Assembly (NCBI RefSeq): GCF_004010195.1
Contig: NW_025215379.1
Span: 193,630 to 213,629, forward strand
From: Chiloscyllium plagiosum
Lineage: Eukaryota
Direction of reading: 5' to 3'
DNA: 20,000 bases
Shown here: positions 9,374 through 19,911 of the stretch, piece after piece
Layout of the letters: every line of letters begins with the position of its first letter
Position numbering within the stretch: the stretch's first letter is position 1
The notes under the pieces: generated by a model
What the model was told of the DNA's origin: nothing
The model's input: the letters and a program-made list of their open reading frames with translations, nothing else
The model's database searches: none
Position numbers and translations under genes: made by a program

Positions 9374-9710
9374 CTCGGATTGAACTCGGATTTCACCAGT
9401 TTCCTCATTTCCCCTCCCCCCACCTTGTCTCAGTCAAATCCATCGAACTCAGCACCGCCTTCCTAACCTGCAATCTTCTTCCTGACCTCTCCGCCCCCAC
9501 CCCAGTCTGACCTATCACCCTCACCTTGACCTCTTTCCACCTATCGCATTTCCGACGCCCCTCCCCCAAGTCCCTCCTCCCTACCTTTTATCTTAGCCTG
9601 CTGGACAAACTTTCCTCATTCCTGAAGAAGGGCTTATGCCCGAAACGTCGATTCTCCTGTTCCCTGGATGCTGCCTGACCTGCTGCGCTTTTCCAGCAAC
9701 ACATTTTCAG
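9374..9710 (+). mobile_element. Penelope-like 3' fragment/pLTR with a 15-bp TSD
   Basis: Starts with the ORF end GLNSDFTSF, then a C-rich UTR and a hammerhead. TSD ctttcatctgttata (9359-9373) / ctttcatcagttata (9711-9725). Confidence 0.85.
9622..9649 (+). ncRNA. Minimal hammerhead ribozyme motif (PLE type)
   Basis: CUGAAGA-A-GGGC-UUAU-GCCC-GAAAC-GUC with an intact core. Confidence 0.75.
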
Positions 9711-10660
9711 CTTTCATCAGTTATATAAATGATTTGGACAGGAATAAAGGAAATGTGGTTAATAAGTTTGAAGATGACGCCAAGGTTGGTGGTGATATAG
9801 TGGACAGTGCAGAAGGATATCTCAGAGTACAACAGGACCTTGATCAAATGGGCTAAGGAGTGGCAGATGGAGTTTCATATACATAAATATGAGGTGTTGC
9901 ATTTTGGTAAGGCAAACCAGGACAAGACTTGTAATGGTAGTGCTCTGGGGAGTGTTGCTCAACAAAAACACCTTGGGGTGCAGGTTCATAGTTCCTTGAG
10001 ATTGGAGTTGCAGATAGACACGGTAGTGAAGAAAGTTTTTGGCGCGCTTGCCTTTATTGGTCAGTGCACTGAGTAAAGAGTTAGGACATCATGTTGCAGC
10101 TGTTTAGAACATTCATGACACCACTTTCAGAATAGTGCATTCAATTCTGGTCTCCCTGCTATTGAAAGGATGGTAAGATATTTGAAAGAGTTCAGAAAAG
10201 ATTTACCAGGATGTTGCCAAGATTGGAGGTTTGAGCTATAGGGAGAGGCTGAATAGCTGGAGCTTTTTTCCCCGGGAGTGTCGGAGGCTGAGAGGTGACC
10301 TTATAGAGGATTATAAAATCATGTGAGGTCTGGATTGGGTAAAAAGACAAGTTCTTTTTCTTAGGGTGGGAGTTCATAACTAGAGGCTATTGGTTTAAGG
10401 TGAAAGGGAAAATATTTAAAAGGGATCTGAGGAGCAACTGTTTCACGCAGAGGGCGGTGTGTGTATGGACTGAGCTGTCAGAGGAAGTGGTGGAGGCTGG
10501 TACAATTGCAGCATTTAAAAGGCATCTGGATTGGTACATGATTCGGAAGGGTATAGAGGGATATGGGCCAAATGCTGGCAAATGGGACTCAAGCATGGTC
10601 AGTGTGGATGTTTGGACTGGAGGGTCTGTTTCCAGGTTGCATAACGCCATGACTCTATGA

Positions 10661-11851
10661 TGTTGCTGCTACACTAGGTCTACCGCATTTGATGAAGGAA
10701 CCAACAAAACGGATAAACATACTCGATCTAATTCTCATCAATCTGCTTACCACAGGTGCATCTATCCATAATAGTATAAGATGGACTGATCTTTGCACAA
10801 TCCTTGTGGGAAAGAAGTCTCATCTTCACATAGGATACCCTGCATCATGTTGAGTGGCTCTGCCACCATGCTAAATGGGATAGATTTCTAACAGATCTAG
10901 GTACTCAAGTGTTGGCATCTGTGAGGCATTATGGGCCATAAGCAGAAGCAGAATTATAACCAAACACATTCTGCAACTTCATGGCCCAGCACATCCCCCA
11001 GTCGACCTTTACTATCAAGCCAGTGTATCAATACTGCTTTCAATAAAAAGAGTGCAAGAGGGCATGCTAGGGGCAGCACCAACCACACCTAAAAAATGAG
11101 ATGTGAACCCAATGAAGCTAAAACACAGACCTATTTGCATGCCAAATAGCATTAGCAGCAAATGATAGACAAAACAAAGCAATTCCACAATCAACAAATC
11201 AGGTCTAAGCTTTGCAGTCCTGTCACATCCAGTCATGAATAATGATGGGCCATTATTGCACGAGGAAGAGGATACACAAATATCATGTCCTCAAATATAG
11301 ATAAAGTGAAAACATGTGAAACAATTTTCAGCCAGATCAAGATGATAGACAGGTTCAATCTTCACCTCTAATGGAGATCGACAGCATCATGTATGACAGT
11401 CTTCAGCAAATTCCACACACTCTACTTGATACCAACAAATATTTAAAGGCATTGGATACTGCAAAAGCTGTGAGCCCTGACAATATTCCAGCAATTGTAC
11501 TGAAGGCTTGTGCTCCAAAACGTTTTGAACCCCAAACCAAGCTTTTTGGGTATAGCTACAACACTGGCATTTACCAACAATGTGGAAAGTTGCCCAGGTA
11601 ATACTGAACACAAAAAGCAGAAGAAATACAAGTTGGTCAATCACAATCCCATCAGTCTACTCTTGATGATCATGAAAGTGATGATAGAGGTCATCAACAG
11701 TGTTACCATGCAGCACTTGCTTAGCACTAACCTGTTGATACTCAGTTTGGGTTCAAACATGGCTGCAAAGTTCCTGACCACATTACAACTTTACTTCAAA
11801 CACACACAAAAGAGCTGAACTACAGACGTGATTTGAAAGGCTGTATTTGAT
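10661..11851 (+). mobile_element. Old LINE: APE C-terminus, linker and RT N-terminus (same family as 61-605 by inference)
   Basis: GLPHLMKEPTKRINILDLILINL...TDLCTILV (EPT/LDL/SDH motifs), LKALDTAKAVSPDNIPAIVLKACAP, NHNPISLL, DLKG/AVFD. Confidence 0.8.
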
Positions 11852-12149
11852 CATGGAATAATACAATACAGAAAAAGCTGTTTGGCTCATCGCATTTGTA
11901 CCACAAAAGCTACCTTAAATCTAATTAATCCCAGTTTGCAGCACTAGGTCCATAGCTTTGAACGTTATGAAATTTCATGTGCTTATCCAAGTACTTTTCA
12001 AAGGTTATGAGGTTTCCTACCTCAACTACCCACCCATGCAGTACATTCCAGTCCCACACCGCTGTCAAGTGAAAAGATCTTTCTTTTAATCCCATTTAAA
12101 TGTTTTACCTTAAAATTGTGCCACCTTCTTATTGACCCTTCAACTAAGG
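11852..12149 (-). mobile_element. CR1 3'-end fragment inserted in the old LINE RT
   Basis: Minus strand gactggaatgtactgcatgggtgggtagttgaggtagg (WNVL..VVEV) and aagtacttggataagcacatg (KYLDKHM), with a CR1-like terminus near 11855-11890. Confidence 0.75.
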
Positions 12150-12358
12150 TTGACAGGAACCTGAGCAAAAGTAATGTTAATCAAGGGGAAATCTTGTTAC
12201 TAGTTGGTTACCATAATGGAAGATGGTTGTGGTTGTTGCAGTTCACTCATCTCCACTCCAAGACATTTCTGCAGGGGTTCCTCAGGGTAATGAGTTAGGC
12301 CCAACATCTTAGGCTACTTCATAAATAACCTTCCCTCCACGATTACGTCAGAAGTGTG
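12150..12358 (+). mobile_element. Continuation of the old LINE RT
   Basis: QDISAGVPQGNELGPT and FINNLPS (the GVPQGSVLGP...FINDLP motif). Confidence 0.8.
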
Positions 12359-12371
12359 CATTGAACAAAGT

Positions 12372-12871
12372 NNNNNNNNNNNNNNNNNNNNNNNNNNNNN
12401 NNNNNNNNNNNNNNNNNNNNNNNNNNNNNNNNNNNNNNNNNNNNNNNNNNNNNNNNNNNNNNNNNNNNNNNNNNNNNNNNNNNNNNNNNNNNNNNNNNNN
12501 NNNNNNNNNNNNNNNNNNNNNNNNNNNNNNNNNNNNNNNNNNNNNNNNNNNNNNNNNNNNNNNNNNNNNNNNNNNNNNNNNNNNNNNNNNNNNNNNNNNN
12601 NNNNNNNNNNNNNNNNNNNNNNNNNNNNNNNNNNNNNNNNNNNNNNNNNNNNNNNNNNNNNNNNNNNNNNNNNNNNNNNNNNNNNNNNNNNNNNNNNNNN
12701 NNNNNNNNNNNNNNNNNNNNNNNNNNNNNNNNNNNNNNNNNNNNNNNNNNNNNNNNNNNNNNNNNNNNNNNNNNNNNNNNNNNNNNNNNNNNNNNNNNNN
12801 NNNNNNNNNNNNNNNNNNNNNNNNNNNNNNNNNNNNNNNNNNNNNNNNNNNNNNNNNNNNNNNNNNNNNNN
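12372..12871. other. Assembly gap (500 N)
   Basis: Run of N. The round size suggests a scaffolding gap of unknown length, so the two sides may not be adjacent. Confidence 0.99.
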
Positions 12872-15630
12872 TAATCTTTGTAATGTGAGTTGTCAGAAGG
12901 AAACTTCCTGTGCAATTTGAAGTGAAAGAGGCACTGGCAAAAGTGTGAATTTAGATGTAGTGACTGTGGAATCAGAAATGATTGAGAAACGGGCTTGAGA
13001 ATTGAGACAAGACTAAGCACACCATGCATGTCTGTTTTGAAGAGTTGTTGCTTGGCATAACGTACAAAGAAAAACTGGGAGAGTTGCAGAACCTCCTTGG
13101 AACAGCAACAGATCATCACTTTCCCTGCAAAAGGTGACAACTGTGGCTTTTATTCCGACTAACCTGTGGATTCAATGGATTCCATGACTGTCTCAGAACA
13201 AACTAGATTGAGGCTACTATTGAAATGGTCTGTCAGTAAATAGTGGCTTAAAAGGTTTTTTGGAAAAGAGAAATTGAATCACTGTCCCTTGACACTGAAC
13301 TGGAAATCCATCAACATGAAGATATTAGGGTCTGTAACCACAAAGAAATATTGAGAAATAAGGTTTTGTTAACTTCAGAGGGAACTTTCACTGGATGTTG
13401 TGATATTAGTACATCAACGAAGACAACAGGCAAATTCTGATCAGATTTCTTGTCTCCAGCCAGCATATTCAATCATTTTGCTGTTGACGTTGCAATGTGA
13501 GTTGACAAAAGTAAACTTCCTGTATATGTTGAAGTAAAAGAAATATTGGGAAACATGTAAAGGACATATCTGCAAAGTAAAACTGGCTATGCACACCATT
13601 CATAGTTAGAAATCACGCAACACCAGGTTATAGTCCAACAGGTTTATTTGGAAGCACTAGCTTTCGGAGCGACGCTCCTTCATCATGTAGCTGTGGAGGA
13701 GGATCATAACTTCTAGCAAACGATTACAGTGTCATGCACCTGAAATGATATATTGAACATACCTGGATTACTGTTAAGTCTTTCATCTCTTCCGATGGGT
13801 TGCAGGTTTCGGTTCATTAATATATACATCTCAGAACTTCTTTTAAGATACATCCTTGAGAAAACTTAAGGTTTTATAAAACAATTGACATCTCAGCTCA
13901 GACATTATATTAAAGATAAGAGGTTAAAGTCTGTCTGTATCCTAATCTTGAGTCAGACTGAATGTATTTCCAAAGTAGAAATTTATATACTGTTGTATGA
14001 GTTGAATGCCTGCTTGCAGATTGTGTGCTTTTTGAGCAAAACAAAATGCATCTGAAAATGCAATTCTGCAAATGCAAACACACTGACAAACACATATAAG
14101 TCTATGGGGTGAAATTGATTCCAACCTCTATGTCAATCAGGAATGTTGGTTATTTTGTGCATGCAGTGCTGGCCTTTGTATTTCTCACGTCTTAACATTA
14201 GAATTTGGCAATTTGCACATCATCACTTTCCTTTCAATTGGTGACAATGTTTGCTTTTATTCCTATTACTCTGCGGGTGTATGCCATGACTGTCTCAGTG
14301 ATGCGGAATGAACTAAATTCTGGGTACTATTAAAAGGGTCTGTTCGTAGTTGGTTGCTCAACCCGTTTTTGGTAAAGCGAGTTGAATCAAGGTCCCTTGA
14401 GGCTGAATTTGAAATACATCAACATGTGGGCATACACCCTTAAGGAAAAATTTTAAAATGTGAGGAATAGTTAACATAGCAGAGAACCAATGGCTGGATG
14501 CAATGATATTCTTGCATCAAGGAAAACATCAGGCAAAGTCCGGTTAGATTCCTTCTACATAGAAAGCTTATTTAACCATTTTTCAGTTGACTTTGCAATG
14601 AAACTTGTCATTTGGAAACTTCCTGTACAAGTTGAAGGAAAAGAAATATTAGGAAAAGTGTAAAGGACACAAAGTGTAAAGCTAGATGTAATCAATTCAA
14701 TCCTGACAAGAATATGTGAGAAAAAGTCATTCTGATCAACAAAAGACCTCAATTAATGATAGATGGAACACATCTCCTGAGCATTGCTTGGTAGGATGTT
14801 GAACAAAAAATGATGACCAAGTCAATACTCTTTTCACTTCTTGAAACATTTCAATACAATGCAATGTCATGTCAGACAAACATCCTGAGCTAAAGATCCT
14901 GAGCTGTAGGACTGCTTTGCAAAAGCAGGGGAATACACTCTCGTGAACTGTCTCAGATGTCATCAAGTTCTCAAGGCACATCTTAGTAAGTAAAGGAAAA
15001 AGTCATCACAAATGTAGGACTTACACGATGTTGATGGCAAGGAGCTGTTGGCAGTCATATTGTGGTGTCTTTAGACTGCACAGCTTGAAGGCTGTTACAA
15101 AGTATACCTTCAAAGAAAGTGACTTCACAAGTGCATCAGTGACAAAGACAAAGGCTTGATTGGGAGAAAAGCAGACTGACAAGATAACATGAAAACCATG
15201 TGAGCAGACAGTCCTGGCACCGATCAGATAAGGCCATTAATATCAATCTCAAATGTTTGTCATTTTACCAAACCTTGAGAAAAAGTATGATTGAATATTG
15301 TGGAATCAGGAATGATTGAGGGAATGGCTTGAGAATTGAATGGATAGAGACAAGACTAAGCACGCCATCAGGCTCTTCTTGCTTCCATCTACGTGCTTAG
15401 CATTTGCTGCTTCTCATAACGTATAAAACAAAATCTGGAGAGGTGCAGGATCTCTTTAGAAAAGCAAGCTCGGATCTTTTACCTGGTCAGGTCAAGTTCT
15501 CAAGGCTCACCTTGGTGTTTGCAGCCAAAAGTCACCACAACACGTAGCACTTACAGGATTTTGAAGGCAATGTTGTGTTGGTACTCGTGTTGTGGTGTCA
15601 TTGAATTGCTCAATTTGCATGGTATTAGAA
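12872..15630 (+). repeat. Diverged, shuffled modular repeat array of unknown origin
   Basis: Direct repeats: 12876-12960 ~ 13489-13590 ~ 14591-14692; 12965-13112 ~ 15299-15485; 13112-13488 ~ 14219-14590; 14956-15100 ~ 15488-15630; weakly 14703-14757 ~ 15176-15241. Confidence 0.8.
13604..14117 (-). mobile_element. Penelope-like (Neptune-family) pLTR/3'UTR fragment with a mutated hammerhead at 13655-13688
   Basis: 13604-13790 is the reverse-complement homolog of about 18300-18494. The core reads AUGAUGA-A-GGAGC-GUC-GCUCC-GAAAGCUA. Confidence 0.85.
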
Positions 15631-15639
15631 TGAACAGGC

Positions 15640-17155
15640 TTTAGGAAATATTTTTATTGAGAAAAAATCTTGTAAATTTGTTACAAAATTACAAAATCTA
15701 AAAAATAGTATAACAACCTTATAATGTAATGACAATAATAGTAAACAAACTGCTACTCTACTCCACAAACCACTGAGGGGAGAAAAAAAATCTACAAAAG
15801 CTATAATTCAATAAATCACTAAAACTAACTAAATTAAACTAAGGTAAATTAAATCAAATTCAGTTAAGTTACTGCACTCAGCGCAATCCCACCAGAGCTC
15901 CCTACCACCGGGAGCATCAGTTGGCAAATCTGTATTTGTTCAGGATTCTTCCTCCCAGGGGCCGCTGGGCCATCAGACACAGCCCTCATGTCTACACAAA
16001 GGCCCTGACCAATATAGCCAACAAGTCTGCGTCTAAATAATTCAGAAAGGGCCGCCATATTCTATAAAACAGCTCCACTTTCTGGTGTACAATACTAGTA
16101 GGGAAGTCCTGGGGGGTGTACTCCATGATTGATCTACACCAGCTGGAGAGTCCCGGGGGATTCTCCAACACTCAGCTCATTAGAATGCTCTTCCTCATAC
16201 AGAATGAAAGAATATTAAACAATTCCTTCCCATCCACATCCAAAGAAGGGAGATTTGGCAAACCCAAGAGGAGGGACACCAGATCCACCTTCACCTCAGT
16301 TCCTAATACCCCTTCCAAAACACTCACAATGGCACCCCAATACCTATGAAGCTTGTGACATGGCCACAAGCAATGAGTAAGAGTGCCAACATTTGGGGCA
16401 CACTGGGGATGCTCCTGTCTTAAATTTCGCCAGCCGCTCCGGTGCCAAATGAGCCTTGTGGAGTACCTTCAGTTGTATAGACTGCATCCTGTTACAAATT
16501 GAAATCTTCCTTACATTCTCCCAAATATTCCTCTACACCTCTGAAAAGATTTCCACCCCCAATTCTTGAGTCCACGTTCCACATAGCTGCTCAATATCCT
16601 TCGAAACATTACTTCCTAACAAGTGATAGAGGGTGTTGACTGAGAGAGAATCTAGAGACTGAAGCACTCTCCTCTCCATATCCGACTTATAGGGACTAAC
16701 CATCAATGTAGTCTTTTTCTGTATAAAGTCCTTAACCTGAAAGTAATAAAAGAGGTCCCTCCGAGATAGCTCATATTTCTGACTCAGCTGCACGAAAGAC
16801 GTCATGATCTCCCCGTCAAATAAATTTCCCAAACAGGAGACTCCTCTAGACTCCCAGAGCTTAAAGCCAGAGTCCAACGGCCCCGGCCAGAATCCTAACA
16901 TTCCTACTATGGGAGTGAAAGGGGAAGTTTTTTGTAAGTTGCCCTCACCTTGTCACATCATTCCCCATGCTTTAACTGTGTTAAGGGCAATTGGGTTTCT
17001 GCAATGCTCCATAAGAGTCCTCACCTTGTCCATAAAGAACAAATTGATGAGGGGGTACTTTGTCTAGAAGGCCATGATGTCCAGCCAGATTGACTGCGAG
17101 TCCTGGCAGGCCAAGTCAGCCACATAGGATAGTAAGGGACTCAATTAATATTCGT
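15640..17155 (-). mobile_element. L1-clade LINE, 5'-truncated: ORF2 C-terminus, 3'UTR and polyA signal
   Basis: Minus peptides GFKLWESRGVSCLGNLF, LFYYFQVKDFI, IQLKVLHKAHLAPERL, GTLTHCLWPCHKLHRYW (CCHC region) and LLLGLP...RKSILM. T-rich UTR with AATAAA near 15653-15658. Confidence 0.85.
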
Positions 17156-17560
17156 GTATCGCTGGACATCGGAGTGCATCTGGGAAAGTTAACAAACAGT
17201 GAAATTCACAACTAATCTTGGAGGAACTGTTGGGCAAAGTTCACAACACAGAATCAGATAAGTTATTTGTTGTTTTAAGTCTGTCCAAGAGAAAGGCCTC
17301 AGTAGTGAGTATAGTGAATTCTTTCTTGATTATATGTTTTTGGAGATAAGTCTCTTGATTAAACTTAAAATATAAACCATAGCTATTAAGTTAATCTGGG
17401 GCAATGTTTGTAGAGGAATAAGACGGTATTATTTTCTGGGTCTGTAGATTGTGAAGGAGCAAAAATGGCCTTTGCAGTGATATGTACTTCTTGTCAGATG
17501 TAGAGTTTAAAGAGAATTTAAGGGTAACTGCGGATTATATCTGCCATTAATGCCATATCA

Positions 17561-18142
17561 CGCCATGTTCTTTGTGACCTGCAACACATTATCTATGAGG
17601 ATGAGCACCTCACCAAGACCTTCCCCACATCTCCACTACTTGCCTTTAAACAACCGCCAAACCTCAAACAGATCATTGTTTGTAGCAAACTGCCTGGCTC
17701 TCAGGACAACTCCATACAACCCTGTCATGGTGGACGCTGCAAAACGTGTCAGATTGTGGACATAGATACCACTATTACGCGTGGGAACACCTCCCACCGT
17801 GTACATGGCAGGTACTCATGTGACTCAGCCAACATTGTCTATCTTATACATTGCAGGCAAGGATGCCCGGAGGCATGGTACATTGGGGAAACTGAGCAAA
17901 GGCTACAACAACGGATGAATGGGCACCGCACAACAATCAACAGACAGGAGGGTTCCCTCCCAGTTGGGGAACACTTCAGTGGTCCAGGACATTCAGCCTC
18001 GGACCTTCGGGTGACCATCCTCCAAGGTGGACTTCAGGACAGGCAGCAGAGGAAAGTGGCCAAGCAGAGGCTGATAGCTAAGTTCGGTACCCAAAGGGAG
18101 GGCCTCAACCGGGACCTTGGGTTCAAGTCACATTACAGGTGA
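17561..18142 (+). pseudogene. Truncated PLE ORF: linker with CxxxxCxxC zinc finger plus GIY-YIG endonuclease
   Basis: One open frame: AFKQPPNLKQII...CHGGRCKTC...CDSANIVYLIHCRQGCPEAWYIGETEQRLQQRMNGHR...VGEHF...GLNRD, stop at 18142. No RT and no native start. Confidence 0.88.
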
Positions 18143-18166
18143 TCACCATTGCACCACACACACACA

Positions 18167-18269
18167 NNNNNNNNNNNNNNNNNNNNNNNNNNNNNNNNNN
18201 NNNNNNNNNNNNNNNNNNNNNNNNNNNNNNNNNNNNNNNNNNNNNNNNNNNNNNNNNNNNNNNNNNNNN
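18167..18269. other. Assembly gap at a (CA)n microsatellite
   Basis: N run directly after cacacacacaca. Confidence 0.97.
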
Positions 18270-18406
18270 TGAAAGAAGTGAAACTATTACTGTATTCTAA
18301 CAGATGAAAGGCTTAACAGAAAATTAATTTTTCAATGTATAATTTCAGTTACATCACACTGTAAATTTTTCTATAAATTCTGTGTTACGATCGAGCCCTC
18401 CACTAT

Positions 18407-18441
18407 CACCTGATGAAGGAGCGTCGCTCCGAAAGCTAGTG
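18407..18441 (+). ncRNA. Minimal hammerhead ribozyme motif (Neptune pLTR)
   Basis: CAC-CUGAUGA-A-GGAGC-GUC-GCUCC-GAAAGCUA-GUG: stem I CAC/GUG, 5-bp stem II, palindromic stem III AGCU, triplet CUA. Confidence 0.8.
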
Positions 18442-19702
18442 TGCTTCCAATTAAACCTGTTGGACTATAACCTGGTGTTGTGTGATCTTTAACTAAATAA
18501 ATGCTGTTGGATGCGAATCTTATCAGATCGAATGGATTGGTTGAAGAGACAGATAGAAGCGATGAGGAATTTGCAACAGCAACGGAATGTGATGGATGGT
18601 AGTTATAGGAAGGGGGGAAAGTCTCAGATACAGTCACATAGATGGGTTAACAGGAAGGGTGAGAGAGGTCGGCACCTAGGGCAGGACTCTTTTGTGGATA
18701 TACACATTTAAAACAGGTGTGCTGTTTTCGAAAATGTTGGGGGTGATGGATTCTCAGGGGAACGTAGCACGAACAGCCAAGTTTCTGGTATTGAGACTGG
18801 CTCCAATGCAATGAGAGGTACGTCAGGTTCCAAGAGATTAATTGTGTTAGGGGAATCTGTAGTCCGAGGTACAGACAGACGTTTCAGTGGCCAGCAGAGA
18901 AAAAGCAAATGGTGTGTTGTTTCCCTGGTGCCAGGATCAAGGATGTCTCAGAGAGGGTGCAGAATGTTCTCACGGAGGAGAGGGGCCAACAAGAGGTCAT
19001 TGTCCACATTGGAACCAACAACATTGGAAGGGAAAAGGTTGAGACTTTGAAGGGAGATTACAGAGTTAGGCAGAAATTTAAAAAGGAGGTCCTCAAGAAT
19101 AGTTTTATCTGGATTACTCCCGATGCTACAAGCTAGTGATGGGCAGGAATAGGAGGATAGAGCAGATGAATGCATGCTGAGCAGCTGGTGTATGGGAGAA
19201 GGATTCACATTTTTGGATCATTGGAATGTCTTTTGGGGTCGGAGTGACCTGTACAAGAAGGACAGATTGCAACTAAATTGGAAGGGGACTAATATACTGG
19301 TAGGGAAATGTTGCTAGAACTGCTTGGGAGGATTTAAACTAGTAAGGTGGGGGGGTGGGACCCAGGGAGATAGTGAGGAAAGAGATCGATCTGAGATGGG
19401 TACAGCTGAGAACAGAAGTGAGTCAAACAGTCAGGGCAGGCAGGGACAAGGTAAGACTAATAAATTAAACTGCATTTATTTCAATGCAAGGGGCCTAACG
19501 GGGAAGGCAGATGAACTCAGGGCATGGTTAGAGACATGGGACTGGGATATCACAGCGATTACGGAAACATGGCTCAGGGATGGGCAGGACTGGTAGCTTA
19601 ATGTTCCAGGATACAAATGCTACAGGAAGGATAGAAAGGGAGGCAAGAGAGGAGGGGTAGTGGCATTTTTGATAAGGGATAGCAATACAGCTGTGCTGAG
19701 GG

Positions 19703-19730
19703 NNNNNNNNNNNNNNNNNNNNNNNNNNNN
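19703..19730. other. Assembly gap with duplicated flanks
   Basis: 19654-19702 is repeated exactly at 19731-19779 across 28 N. Confidence 0.95.
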
Positions 19731-19911
19731 GGGGTAGTGGCATTTTTGATAAGGGATAGCAATACAGCTGTGCTGAGGGAGGATATTCCCAGAAATACAT
19801 CCAGGGACGTTATTTGGGTGGAACTGAGAAATAAGATAGGGATGATCACCTTATTGGGATTGTATTATAGACCCCCCAATAGTCAGAGGGAAATTGAGAA
19901 ACAAATTTGTC

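Larger units (their letters stand above)
9263..10660 (+). mobile_element. HER1/CR1 LINE, 5'-truncated (RT C-half plus 3'UTR), with a PLE insert at 9374-9710
   Basis: NWLKGRRQRV, YINDLD, KFEDDAKVGG, WAKEWQMEF, FTQRAVCVWTELSEEVVEAG; ends in the CR1-type tail ...gggtctgtttcc...atgactctatga. Confidence 0.92.
17554..18494 (+). mobile_element. Penelope-like element (Neptune type), 5'-truncated
   Basis: GIY-YIG coding region, (CA)n tract, 3' pLTR with a hammerhead. Candidate TSD attaatgc (17546-17553) / ataaatgc (18497-18504). Confidence 0.92.
17161..19911 (+). mobile_element. CR1/HER1 LINE 5' portion (5'UTR, ORF1 zinc finger/coiled coil/esterase, ORF2 APE start), split by a PLE at 17554-18494
   Basis: ATG 17465 MAFAVICTSCQM...DYICH, resumes KCCWMRILSDRMDWLKRQIE; LIVLGESVVRGTDRRF; CCFPGARIKDV; HIGTNNIG; YFNARGL; AITETWL; YYRPPNS. 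Several stops and frameshifts. Confidence 0.9.

Noticed and set aside
12343..13140. Long ORFs of 175-265 aa
   Set aside because: Artefacts of translating through the 500-N gap.
14079..14117. Possible short inverted segment at the 5' end of the PLE fragment
   Set aside because: Depends on a recalled consensus; the homologous part of the other copy falls in an N gap and cannot be checked here.
12872..15630. CRISPR-like or prokaryotic repeat system
   Set aside because: Repeats are long, diverged and irregular with no repeat-spacer periodicity or cas genes, and the context is vertebrate.
17076..17170. 10-bp inverted repeat gatgtccagc / gctggacatc at the L1-CR1 junction
   Set aside because: Too short to distinguish a twin-priming inversion from chance.
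19654..19779. Exact 49-bp direct repeat resembling a TSD or tandem duplication
   Set aside because: It flanks a 28-N gap, and removing one copy restores the continuous APE coding sequence, so it is an unmerged contig overlap.
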